Shown one piece after another: positions 50,001-62,170 of a stretch of DNA of 64,000 nt. Numbering within the stretch: position 1 is the stretch's first letter; every line of letters begins with the position of its first letter. The notes under the pieces are model-generated. The model was given only the letters and a program-made list of their open reading frames with translations. It did no database searches and was not told the origin of the DNA. This DNA is from Balamuthia mandrillaris. Its lineage: Eukaryota. The translations under genes and the position numbers were made by a program. The stretch covers positions 62,001 through 126,000 of the forward strand of contig JAVKOQ020000030.1 in the NCBI GenBank assembly GCA_031835245.2. Reading direction: 5' to 3'.

Positions 50001-51035
50001 CAAGAACATAGAAGCCAAACAAAGAAAGGAATACCTGTGATGGTGCTGGCAAAGGCACCTGCTTGGAATCCCAATTCAGCCGCCGAAGCAAAGGCAGGGA
50101 TGGTGTCATCGGGAAAGAGAGTAATGGTGCTGACGTTGAGAACATCCAAACTTTCGTCCAAGAAAAGGATGTGAACAGCTGAACCTATTGACGAGTGGTC
50201 TCCTGACTCAACTCTGTGGTCTCCTGTGATGGCGATGTCTCCCACTCCATTGCGATCGATGTCTCCAACAAAGCTTTTAAACATACATAGCTAAGCAAAA
50301 GAAAAACAGAGAGAAGAGAGAGAGAAAAAGAGAGAAAGAGAGAGAGAGAGAAAGAGAGAGAGAGAACGAAAGAGAGCGGAGAAAATAAGTACGTGATGTC
50401 GATTCCAAAGGCGTACTCGCTTGGCAGGGCCAAACTGGCATTGTAGCGTTGTTGGAAAACAGGAAAACGGGACAACGGAGGCTGGTCAATGGCCAAAGTT
50501 ATGAAGTGGGTGGTGTTGAAGAAGAAGTCCTCCGTCTGGCTGCTTATGTACACTTTGTTTGGGTCTTTTTGTGGTTGTGTATGTATATTTATTTGCGAAC
50601 CGTTAATCTTAAGAAGAAAACAACTAGGATGTACGTACAGCCTTGTGGCACCTCTCCAGTAACAGCTATCTCCAGCCGCCCGTCTCCGTTCAAGTCCGTC
50701 AAAGGAGCTATCACCGCCCCGAAGCCAGAAACACCTTCCTGGTCGTGCACGTACTCCTTGACCTCTCTCTCCGTTCCGTTGGGGTGATAGGAGACCTCAT
50801 AGATGGTGGTCGTGTGGAGCCGGCCTTCGCCTACAGCAAAACGGCAGCCCGCAGCGCCGGGAGCGCTCTCCAAGGAAGCAAGCCCGCTCCCAAACCCCAC
50901 AAACTGCGTGTTGGGCAGCACCAGCTCCGCAGAGACAAGATAGTTCCCAAAGGAAAACCTCTGGGCTTTAACCTCTACCTGCCAAACCAACAATAACAAC
51001 AACCACAGCAACAAAGAACAAGTTCTCCGCTTCAT
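47090..51035 (-). CDS. FG-GAP repeat receptor kinase, type A copy 2
   Basis: Paralog of 38501-42424 with a near-identical stalk and kinase. Confidence 0.85.
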
Positions 51036-51336
51036 TCGCCCCGTTCCCTCTGTTATTCGGTTGAGTTCGTTGTAGACCGTTGAACTCCGTTCTTTCGTCC
51101 AGCTTGCTTGTAAGTGGACCAAATGCAATTAATATAAGCGTTACATACGAGCGTTTATTGCTTAAAGCCACCCGATTATTGGCGGGTCTAAAGGCCTCAT
51201 GGTAAAGGAAACTTGCTTCGCCTTGTTACGCAGAGTGTTACTCCAGGCAACAAGCTGTGCTAATAACCAGTTTTATTTTTTTTAAAAAAAAAAAAACAAG
51301 TCCACAAGAGTCCACACCACCAACCAAAAACCCCAT

Positions 51337-54300
51337 ATGCAGTCACGTTTTGTTAGCAGGACGTTGTCGTTCCTCCTTCTGGGCCTGGTCCTTGCAGCCA
51401 CAGGTACCTCTTTCAAGTTTAGTGTTTTGGAGTTTGTTACCTTAAAAAAAATACCAAAACCGTTTTATTTTTGTTTAGTTAACGGGCAGGAAGAAGGAGA
51501 GAGCATCTACAACAGGAACTATGGCATCGGGGAGGTGCGTAACATCGGCCCCGGCAAGAACAACGGCATACCTGCAGCGGAGGACCTGTACATATGGCCA
51601 CAGTCCCCCATTTACCTCGGCAGAGTCGCCGGTGGCTCTCACGCCATTGCCACCGGTATCGGCAGCGTCGGTAAGGCTCGGGCCTGTTCTGTTTGTCTCC
51701 TGGATTTTTTTTTGTTTGTTTGTACTAAAGACTTTGCCCTCTTTGTTGAACAGACTATGACTATTCCGGCGGGGTTATGACCCTCCGTCTGAACGACTCC
51801 CTCCACGTGGAGAGTTATGAGTTCATGGCTTCGCCCTATGACGACTACTCACTTGACTTTGGTGAAAGCTACTTTCGATACGGCACCACGCTTGTACCCT
51901 TAACGGACCTCAACTCCGACGGGAAACTGGAAGTGGCTGTCGTGGCTCCCTCGGATGAACGCAGCAGTTATGGTTTGTTTTGTCGCCCGCTGTTTTTCCA
52001 TCCCATGAAACTCTCCATTCACCTTTCCTTGGAAAAACACGCAAAACAAAACAGCGTTCGTCTACTCCATGAACGCAGACGGCACCTTAGAGTCAGAGCC
52101 TCGCCTCACTCTGTCTCCCACTGAACCACCGTTGAACCAATTCCTTCCCTTCTCTGAGCTTGATGATGATGAATGGTACTATCCTGGCTCTGATGTACCT
52201 AATGACCTGACGTGCGTTCCCTCATCTTTCCTCTTACTTCTTTCTTCTTTCTTCTTACTTTTTTCTTCTTTCTTTATTGTTTTATCGTTCTCCTGTGTAC
52301 CCTTCTGTTTTGTGCTTAGTTATTTGGGAGACTTGGATGGAGACGGAGTGGGCGACATCGTGCTGAGCTGTCCCTGGCGAATCGGCAACACGCGAGGAGA
52401 AGTCTTTGTGGTCTACATGAATGATGACTTCACCATCAAGGACGTAAAGAGCATCTCGTCCTGTAGCAACTGCCCCTGGGGCGCTGCTAGACGTGGTTAT
52501 GAAAGAGAAGTCGATGTGGAAGACCAGATGCCTCCTGACTCCCGCGACTTTGGTTCCAGTATCACTGGTACATTCATTTACTACATCTCTCTCTTTCTCT
52601 CTCTCTCTCTCTCTTCTTTCCCTTACCACCACAAAACCAGGGCTAGGAGACCTGGATGGTGACAACATTCCCGACCTGGTAGTAGGAATGGAAGGAGCTC
52701 GTTTCTCTCAGGGCGCCATTTTCATTCTGTTCCTCAACCGCAATGCCACGGTCAAAGCCTTGCAAGAGATCTCCATTGTTGAAGAGAGCTCTGGGTTGAA
52801 CATTCCCTACACTGTTGATCCTTATGGTGGGGTGGAAGCTATCATTGGTAACAGCTCCTACTTTGTGTTCGGGTTTGGTGAACACGTGCGAAACATCGGA
52901 AACGAAGGAGCTCTGACGGAGGCCGAGCGGTTCGGTCCTTCCATGGACTGGAACCACGACCAAGTTCCTGATCTTCTTGTCACCTGGGGATTTCCAAGTA
53001 AGTTTAGCTTTCCCGTTGTTTGTCATTGCTTGCAAATGGTTTAATGCAGTCCTTGTTTCTTTTTCCAAAGAATTCGTTTGGTTGGTGTTGCTGAATCCAA
53101 ACGGAACTGTGAAGGGACTTGTGGACTTGTCCAGAACTGACCAAGGAATGATGTATGGTGAAGCAATTGTCCCTTCTGCCGACTTCAATGGAGATGAAAT
53201 CCCTGATTTTATGGTTTCTAATTCCCACGGTGGTACGTTCCTCACTTCTTCTCTCTTTTACTTGCTCTTCAAAGGTTCTTCTTATGCTTCTTCATCTGTT
53301 TCCTCATTCTTCCAATGTTCTCATATCTTAAATAAACTCTTTGTCATCAACAGATATAGGAGGACCAGGCACTATCGACATTTTGTTGATGAGCTCCATC
53401 ACGGTCAATGTGACCTCCACCTCCTTGAACCTCTCATCCATTGATGCCAGGAAACGACAAAGCACGGTGTCAGCAAGCTTCCTGGTGGAGGTGTCCTCTG
53501 CACCATGGGAAGAGATCGTGGTTCCATTTTCAGTGGAGAGCACCTCTGGAATCGACCCCAACACCATCAGCGTTTCTGTGGACAGTCCTTTGACCTTCCT
53601 CGGCGAGACCACCTCTGCAGTCATCGAAGTTACTTTCGGTTATCCAGGTACTTTTCTGTTTGTTCTTTGTTGTCGGCTCCTTCTCTCATACTGTTTTGCA
53701 ACATGTGCTCTCTACCTCAGAGAATTCAACAGAGGAAGAAGGTTTGCGAGTGGTGCTGGAGCAACCCAGGGGCGCGTATCTGCAACAAGGCCAAGGCTCA
53801 TCCTTCCTTGTCGTTAAAGAGATCGATGAACCTGTCGAACCCGAACAACAAAAAGGGTCCAGTGAAGATGAAGTGGGAGCAGAAGTGATCGCTCCAGTGG
53901 TGGTGGTGGGTGTGTTGCTGGTACTTCTTGTGGTGGCCATCGTTGTGGCAGTGCTGTTGGTGAGGTCTCGTCGTGCTCGCAAGAACATGGCCACTCGAGA
54001 GATGGACATGGAAGAAGGCCAAACCCAATATCAAGCATCTGCCCTGGGCAAGAAAAACAAAGAGGAGACAGGCGATAGAAGAACGTCTAGCAAGAAGAAG
54101 AACAATGACAAGGGAATGCAGAACTGGTTCATCAACAGAGAGGATTTGGAGTTCATCAAAGAGATCGGACAAGGGTTCGTTCTCTCGCTCTCCGTCCCCA
54201 TTTCTCTCCCTCTCTCTCCCTCGCTCTCTCTCCTCCCTCTCTCCCTTTCTCTCTCCCTCTCTCGCTCCCTCCTTTCCCTCTTGCTAGGGCTAACAGGAGG

Positions 54301-54725
54301 AATGTGTTGCAGAGCATTCGGAGTGGTGTGGAAAGGAGCATGGAGACAAACAGAAGTGGCCATCAAGAAGCTTCACACCATGGATGACGAGCAGCTTGCC
54401 AGTTTCCAACATGAAGCGCAACTCATGAGGTCCGCCTTTTCTTTGTTTTTTTTGTTTTTCTTTGTGGTTTTGTTCTTGCTTTTTATCTACCACAAAGGAG
54501 CACTTACACTTTAAAACAAAAAAATAAAAACAACTCACACACAACAGAAACCTGAGACCACACCCGAATGTGGTGCAGCTGATGGGATTGGTGGAAGAGG
54601 ATGGAATGCCGGAATGCATCGTGACCGAGTTCCTTGCCAACGGGGATCTCTTGTCTTATCTCCGCAAACAAGACCAATTGTCTGAAGAGAGCATGATCGC
54701 CATGGCCTTAGATGTCGCTGGTTTG

Positions 54726-54763
<38 letters not shown>

Positions 54764-55642
54764 TCTTTGTTTGTCTCTCTTCTCTCTCTTGATACAAGGA
54801 GATAAAAGGATTGATTGTTTTTCTTATCAAAAATAAAGCTGGAATGGCTCATTTGCATGCAGAAGGAATCACGCACAGAGACTTGGCAGCCAGGAACCTG
54901 TTGTTGACGGAAGACTTGAACATCAAAGTTTCAGGTGAACACCAGCTCCTTATCACATTCACCCATCCCAGCTTGCTAAAAGAGTCATACTAACCAACAA
55001 CGGGTAATGCAGACTTTGGGTTGTCAAGAAAGCTGAAGCTGCAAGGAGCAGAGCAGAAGACCAAACAGGAAGTTGGCCCTTTGAAATGGTTCGCTTTTTT
55101 TTGGTTTTTTGAATGTGTGTGTTTGTTTGCTCATCCTGTTGTCTCCCATGAAACAGGATGTCTCCAGAAGCCATTCAAGAGAGCATTTACTCTGAAAAGT
55201 CCGACGTTTGGAGGTTTGTTTTGTTTTTCTTTTGTATTTGCTCACATCAAAGAAGTCCTAACACCTGAGTAACACAATGACAGTTATGGCATTTGTTTGT
55301 GGGAGATCGTCACGTTGGGGGAGGAACCGTTTGGTGATACTCACATCATGAAGGCCGCCGTCAAAATCTGCAATGAAGGCTGTTCGTATCCCTTTCGCCT
55401 CTTTCTCTCTCCGCCTCTCTCTTCTCCCTCTTTTGCACGCGCTCTCTCTCTCTTTCGCTCCTGTGCTCCGCCTCCTGTTGTTGCTGGAATGCTAACAGTT
55501 ATAAACAGGCAAGGCATTGCGCATTCCGAAAGGCACGCCAGAGGTCTTGAAGGAGATCATCTTGTCCTGTTGGCAGGTGGATCCCAAGGACAGACCCACC
55601 TTTGCGGAGATTACCAAAAAGTTGGAGCCAGCTTCGCCTTAG
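51337..55642 (+). CDS. FG-GAP repeat receptor kinase, type B copy 2
   Basis: Paralog of 42842-46777; carries one extra intron at 53648-53720. Confidence 0.85.
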
Positions 55643-55729
55643 AATTGGTCCTTGCACCGCGAAATGTATTGTTTTGTTAATTATAGGTTTATACAAAGTT
55701 CTCCAATCACGGAAGTAACGCAGGTGAGG

Positions 55730-57696
55730 TCAGTCTTTTTTTGGACTTCTCTGTCCACTTTCATCAGACGAAGCACCACTGTCTCTTTCTGTCGTGGTCA
55801 CCCTTCTCGCCTCCCCTTCTTTCAATGCAGATGCAAGGTCCGCTGAAATGCTCTTTTCTCTCCGCATTAATTGCTCCGCTCCTTGCCTAAACGTCCGGAA
55901 CATGATCTCGCTTCCCGTTTTCCGTCGTTGTCTCTCTTCTTCCTTTTCTTCGTCTTTCTCTTCCTCTTCTTCTTCGTGGTTGTGTTTCTGCTTTTGTTGT
56001 TTCTTCCCATCATCAGATGAAACGATGAGAGCTTGGCTGGAACCTCTGCTCATCTGGCGATACAGAAGAAAAGTTCCTCTATCTTCTTCTTCTCTTTCTT
56101 TCAGCTGCTGTTCTTTTTCTGCTTCATTTCTTGGTGCTTTTATAGTTGGTGCTTTTGTATCCGCAGTGTTTGTGGTTGATGTTATTGTCGGTTGTTTCGG
56201 TGTTGTTGCTGTTATGGCATTCTTTCTCGTATCTTTCAGTGCGACTTTGGAATAGCTCAAATCTAACATGTTCTCTTCTTCCAAATGTTCCATGATTCCT
56301 CTCTTCAACGCTTCCGAAGGTTCAAAACGTTGCTTGTTCTTGTTTATATCTTCATCTTGATTGTTGTTATATTTTAGGATCGAGGAGGTTAATGGGGAAT
56401 GTCGATTGATGGAATGCAACGAAGAATGGTCAGGGGAAGATGGTTCATTGAATGTTTTGTAGTTTTGAAGAACTTCAAGCTTGTAACTCTTTTGCACTTT
56501 TGTGATGAATTCATCCTTGTTTTTGTTTGTTTGTTTGTTTGGGTTAGTATGTTAATATGAACGTGAGTAAAGGTAAGAAAAAAACCTGAAGAAGGTCATC
56601 AGCAGAAGCACGTTGGTTGACGTCCTTTTGAAGACAACGAGAAAGAAAAGAGTGAAAGGATGGACTCCATTTTTCTTTGTTTTCCAGTTGAGGCGGTTCG
56701 TTCTGCATGATCTTCATCATCGCCTGCATTAATTGGGAAAACAAAGAAGGATATCATCAGAAGTAATAAAGAAAGAAGAAAGGAAAATAATAAAGGAAGC
56801 AGTGGGAGGACAGAGGAGACGGCCAAGAGAGAAGAAGAAGCGAGAAGCACAGAAGAGAATGACGAGCGAACCCTTCCAAAATGGTCTTGGTAATAAGGCG
56901 GTGTGCCTTCAGCCATGTGAATGGCGGTAATGCCAAGCGACCATATATCAGCCTTGAACCCGTATGTCTCTCCTGAAACTGCTTCCGGGCTCATATACAA
57001 CGCTATTCAAGCTATTTGTTAAAGAAAAAAAAAATACCCTTGGAGGAAGAAAGCAAGTCATAAAAGAGAGAGCGAGAGCGAGAGAGCAAAAGAGAGAGAA
57101 AAGGATACGAGTTCCAACAAAGCTTTTGAAACCGTGATTGATGCTTGCTATATCAGCTAACATTGAAGCTGTCCCAAAGTCAGCTGAAAAACAACCATAT
57201 AAGCCAAGCGAAGATATAATGATAAGAATAGAATACAAAAAGAACGAATGTACCAATTTTGGGGACTCCTTTTTCAGTGCAAAGAATGTTGTGTGGTTTC
57301 ACGTCTCTGCAAGTTGTCAGGTTGTGTGTTACAAAGGAAGGCAGAACGAGAAAAGGAAGAAAGAAAAACGTACCGATGAATGATGTTGATAGAATGAAGA
57401 TACTTGAGCGCCATCAAAACGCATTTCAGGATAAAAGCAATGTCATCTTCACAGAGTGATTGAACTCGAGCCACCCGCATCACATCTTGAATGCTTCCCA
57501 GTCCGCAACATTCCATTAAAATCTGTTGTTTTGGTTTTGAGCAACAAAAGAAGCAAACAAAGCAAAGCGAAGGGTTGACAAAACAAGAAACACAAAGATA
57601 AAGAAAGAAAGAAACGAAATAAAAAAAGAAACCTACCCATAAAGAACATCCTCTGAAGCAACAACCATAATAACTTGCAATGTTGGGACACCTTAA

Positions 57697-57739
<43 letters not shown>

Positions 57740-58137
57740 TGAACAATAAGCATATGACAGAGAAATAAAGAAAGAAAGAAAGAAAGAGAAAAAAGGCAAC
57801 AGTAGTATAACAGGTAAGAAACATTACCTGCATTTGCTGAACGTTTTAAGTTCGTTTCGTAGAGCTTTCGCTCCTTCCCAGGCTTTTCTTTGAACATCAA
57901 CTCCAATAACATCACCCACGTTTTCTGTCGGTGAAGGCGATGATGGAAAACAAAGTGCGGGTGGCACCGGAATGGCTTTGATGGCCAATACGAAACCTGT
58001 TGCTTTGTGTATGGCTTTGTAGACCTTGCCTGATCCTCTACAAACAAAGGCAGTAAAAGAGGAAACAAAATATAAATAACAACAAAAAAAAGCCAAAGAC
58101 AAAGACAAGCCAAACAAAAGAAACAGAGAGCAAGAGT

Positions 58138-58178
<41 letters not shown>

Positions 58179-58293
58179 AAATTACCCATATCCCAAACAT
58201 GAAATGAGATGGAATTCATTAGCAGGATCTCCGGCTCCAATTGAACGCCATTGAAAGTCCAACTCCAGTTCATTCTTTGAACCTAAAGTCAAC

Positions 58294-58331
<38 letters not shown>

Positions 58332-59361
58332 AAACGTACAGCCTCGTTCCAACTTTTTGAAGGAGGAGTGGAAACAATTACAGACCCGCCAATCCATTCG
58401 TTCTCCGTCTTTCTATCTTCGAGTGCTTTCTTGTCATTCGCTCTCTGTTTTGTCATTCCAACTCTGATTCTTGGCCCGTCTTCTTCTTCTTTGCTTTTTT
58501 CTTTCTTAACATTCGTTATTATTCGTCTAGCTCGTAACTTCCGAACAACTCCTTTCTGCCAAGTTGCTTTCTTCTCTTCTGGTTTGTTAGTCTTCTCTCC
58601 CGTTTGTTGCAGATGATTCGCAACTGCTTTAAACAATCCGACCATGTTTTCGTCTTCTTCGTCGTCATCATCATCCTCTGTCTCCGTTTCTTCTTCCGTT
58701 TGTTCCTCTTCGCTTTCTTTTTCTGTTTCTGTTTCTTTTTCTCTATTTCTTTCTCTTTCTTTTTGTTCTTTCTCCTTCTGTTCCTTTTCCGCTTTCTCTT
58801 TCTTCTCTTTCTCAATACTTTCTCTTAACGCTCTTAACGTTGACTTTCTTGGTGGTTCTTTTTCTTTTTCTTCTTCTCTTTCCGCTTCTTCTTTTTGATC
58901 TTCTTCGCTTTCTGCTTCGTTCTTCTTCTTCTTTGCTTTCTGTAGTTGGTGTTGAAGCTGTATTTCGTCTGTTTTACTTTTCGGCATTCTTTTCACCACC
59001 ACTTTATCTTTGCTCTTCTGCAGCTCGAACAGCAAAGCGGTTGTCTTCTTCTCTTTCCCATGTTTCTCGTTGTTCGCTTTCTTCTTCCTTTTGCCCGCTG
59101 TGCGTTTGCTCTTTGGAGCTTTGAGTAGAATTTGTGATCCCTTTGTGCGATACCTGCTCTCTATCTTTTTGTTTGTGAAGTACTTTGTTGGGGTTGGCTG
59201 AAGCGTGTTATTGTTTCTGTGGATGTTTTTGTGGTTGCTGTGCTTGAGACGGTGTTGGGACTTGTTGAGCTCCATGTCGATAACGATGGTGGAGTGGGAT
59301 TGCAGCATTAGATTCTCAACGAACAAAGCTATTTCTTCTTTCTCTTTCTGTTATTTTTGTT

Positions 59362-59411
<50 letters not shown>

Positions 59412-59898
59412 TTAACAAAAACAAAGCCTGAGAAGACGAAAAGAAACACCGAGATAGAGAAGAATGAACGCGAGAGAGACAAAGAGCGAAACCACACGGA
59501 AGAAAAAAGAACAAGACAGAAAGAGGAAAGTAGAGAATGCTTACTTCAGCCTCTTCCCCATCTTCTTCGACCCAGTCCTCCTCCTCGCAGTCCGAGATGT
59601 GCCAGGGGCTCATCATCGATATAGCAGCTATAGGGGATAGAGGTAGAACGGGCGCCGTGACGCTCCTTCCCTTTTGCACGTCAAGCTGCTCCTCTTCGGA
59701 GGACTCTGACGAGACGTTTACTGCATGAGGTTGGTCTTGGCTGTTTCGGCGTCGTTTCTGTTCTTCCGAAGAGGAGCCGGCCGCAAAGGTTGTCCTCCTT
59801 CTCGGATGAGACACCTCCGAGGAAGGAGAGGAAGAGGAGCTCGAAGCGGAGGCCGCTCCTTCGCTCTTTTTCCTCCTATGACCTTTGAGAGTTTTCAT
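55730..59898 (-). CDS. STE20-family Ser/Thr kinase with a long charged N-terminus
   Basis: [73 protein letters not shown]. Confidence 0.85.
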
Positions 59899-60204
59899 CC
59901 TTTTGCCAGAGTTAACAACGACCTCGCGGAACGAAACGTGCGCGTCCTCTCTCTCTCGTGTTGGCGTAACGCTTGTTAGACCGATTTTAAAAAATATAAA
60001 TATTCATAAATTAAATAATAATAAACTTTTTCCAAATATAGGAATCAATTTGTTTAAAGATCTGAATGACGTCATCATCTGTAAATTTAGCTCAATTTTC
60101 GTCGAACTTTCACTCCTATTAATTAATTCAAGTGTCGACAAAATTCATAAACAAAAGAAAAGAAAAGAAAAGAAAAGAAAAGAAAAGATTTGTTTGCACA
60201 CACC

Positions 60205-61748
60205 ATGTTTTCAAAGCTTGGACTAACCGGCCTTCTGCAGGGCGCTTTCTTTGGTACTACTCTTTCGAGAATGAACATATGTGTCAAAACAAAAAACCAT
60301 CCTCGCTGAATGATTTCATAAAATAAACACCAACAAAAAAAATTAAAAAGGAGTGGCTTTGGACAAAGGGGATGTCGCCGAGCCCAAAGTCATCCGCGAC
60401 CAGCTCAAGTTCAAACAAATGACCATGCTGAAGATGTTCCTCAGCGCTGTGGCATCGGGCACCCTCGTGGTGGCCGCCATGAAGTATATGGGCCTCTACC
60501 GTAGCGTGGAGATCGATCGGGTGGAAGTAGTGGCGCAGCTCCTGGGAGCGCCCTTGTTGGGGGCCGGCATGTACGTGGCTGGCGCTTGCCCTGGAACGGT
60601 GTTTGCTCAGCTGGGGGGAGGCGTGCAAAGTGTACGTTTTGCTCTTCTTCTCCTCTTTTCTCTTTGCTTCTTTTAAAAGTCGTTAAAACAGGCGCCATAC
60701 ATTCTGGCCGGTGGGTTTTCGGCCTCTGCCCTGTATGCGCTGCTCTACCCGTGGTTGCTGCGGACGCCTATCTTCACCAAAGGCGTTTTCGAAACGCTCA
60801 CCCTGCCCGAGCTCACTGGCATTCCTCATTGGATACTTGTACGCTCGCTTTCCATGTTGTTTTGAGTCCTAGCTCCTCATCCCCCTTATAATTTCTTCTT
60901 TCTTCTTCGGCGGTTTTAATAGGCATTGAGCATGTCTGGAATGGTGGCTGGCCTTCTTTACGGGGTGGAACAATTTTATCCAACTCCCAAAGCGAAACCG
61001 GAAGGCGCCGCTCGTTCCATCTCCACTCTTCACCGCATCACCACTTGGTCGCCTTACCTTAGTGGCCTTATTGTAGGCCTCTTAGAAATACCTTCCATCT
61101 TCTTTGTAAATGCAATGCTGGGTACCATTTCTCTTACTGTATTTATTTTTTTTGCTTTTCTGTTTGTTTGTTTCGTTTTTTTCTGACGCAACAAAAAGGA
61201 ACGAGTACAGCGTACACCACTCTATTGGGAGAAGGCCTGGCGTTGGTCTGGCCGTCTGTGAAGAGCAACGCCTTTATTGCCAAGAGCACAGGTCATCCTT
61301 GGCACTATTGGCAAATTGCATTGAACACAGGTTCGCCTGCCTTTCCTCTTTCTCTGTCGTTCTCTTCCTCTCTTTCCTCGTTCGTTCTGCTTTCTTCGCC
61401 TCTCTTCACTCATTTGTCAACAACAACTAAACAGGAATCGTATTGGGTTCCTTCGCCAGCGCCTATCTCTCCGGCAAAAGACATCACAACCAACAACCGA
61501 GCCTCGCCCTCTCTCCCTATGGCAAGCTGACATCATTCCTTGGCGGCCTGCTGCTTCTCTTTGGAGCTCGTTTAGCGGGTGGCTGTCCCAGCGGGCATGG
61601 CATCTCGGGAATGTCTCAGTTGGCGTTGTCAGCCTTTGTGGTCGTGCCCGCCATGTTTGCAGGGGGCATGTTGGCGGCTTGGTTGTGGCCTGACTTGGAC
61701 AAGTCCGCATATGTTGCACAGCACAAGGTGGAAGAGAAACGAGAGTAA
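60205..61748 (+). CDS. YeeE/YedE-family sulfur-compound (thiosulfate) transporter
   Basis: First exon MFSKLGLTGLLQGAFFG spliced to VALDKG; GAGMYVAGACPGT and FGARLAGGCPSGHG motifs; several TM helices. Confidence 0.85.
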
Positions 61749-61929
61749 AATGAACCAAGATGCCGTCGAGCATCCAAGAGGTACTGAACGGTTTTTCTTA
61801 TGAAAATGAGAAACTAAGCATTTCTTTTGACCTAACAGACGAAAAACGAAAGAGTTGGATGGAAGCACTTGGGTTTTTTTAAATATCAACACAAAAAAAG
61901 TGCTCCTTCTTCGTGGGACAAAGAATTAT

Positions 61930-62130
61930 TTATGACGACGCTGTACGCAACAGTTTGGTTATTTCAGCAAAGGTGGGTCTGTCCTTGGGATCCACCTGCC
62001 AGACAAGATGATCTTTCTCAAGACCTCTGGTGTGCCTTTTGGAATGCGCAGTGCCTTGCCTGTTTGTTGTTGTTTTTTACAGTTAGCAACAACAGGAAGA
62101 AAACATGAGAGAGAGAGGGGAAGAAGAGGC

Positions 62131-62170
<40 letters not shown>

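Noticed and set aside
38501..55642. True integrin alpha subunits
   Set aside because: No GFFKR tail is visible, the stalk is short and the cytoplasmic part is a kinase; only the FG-GAP repeats are shared.
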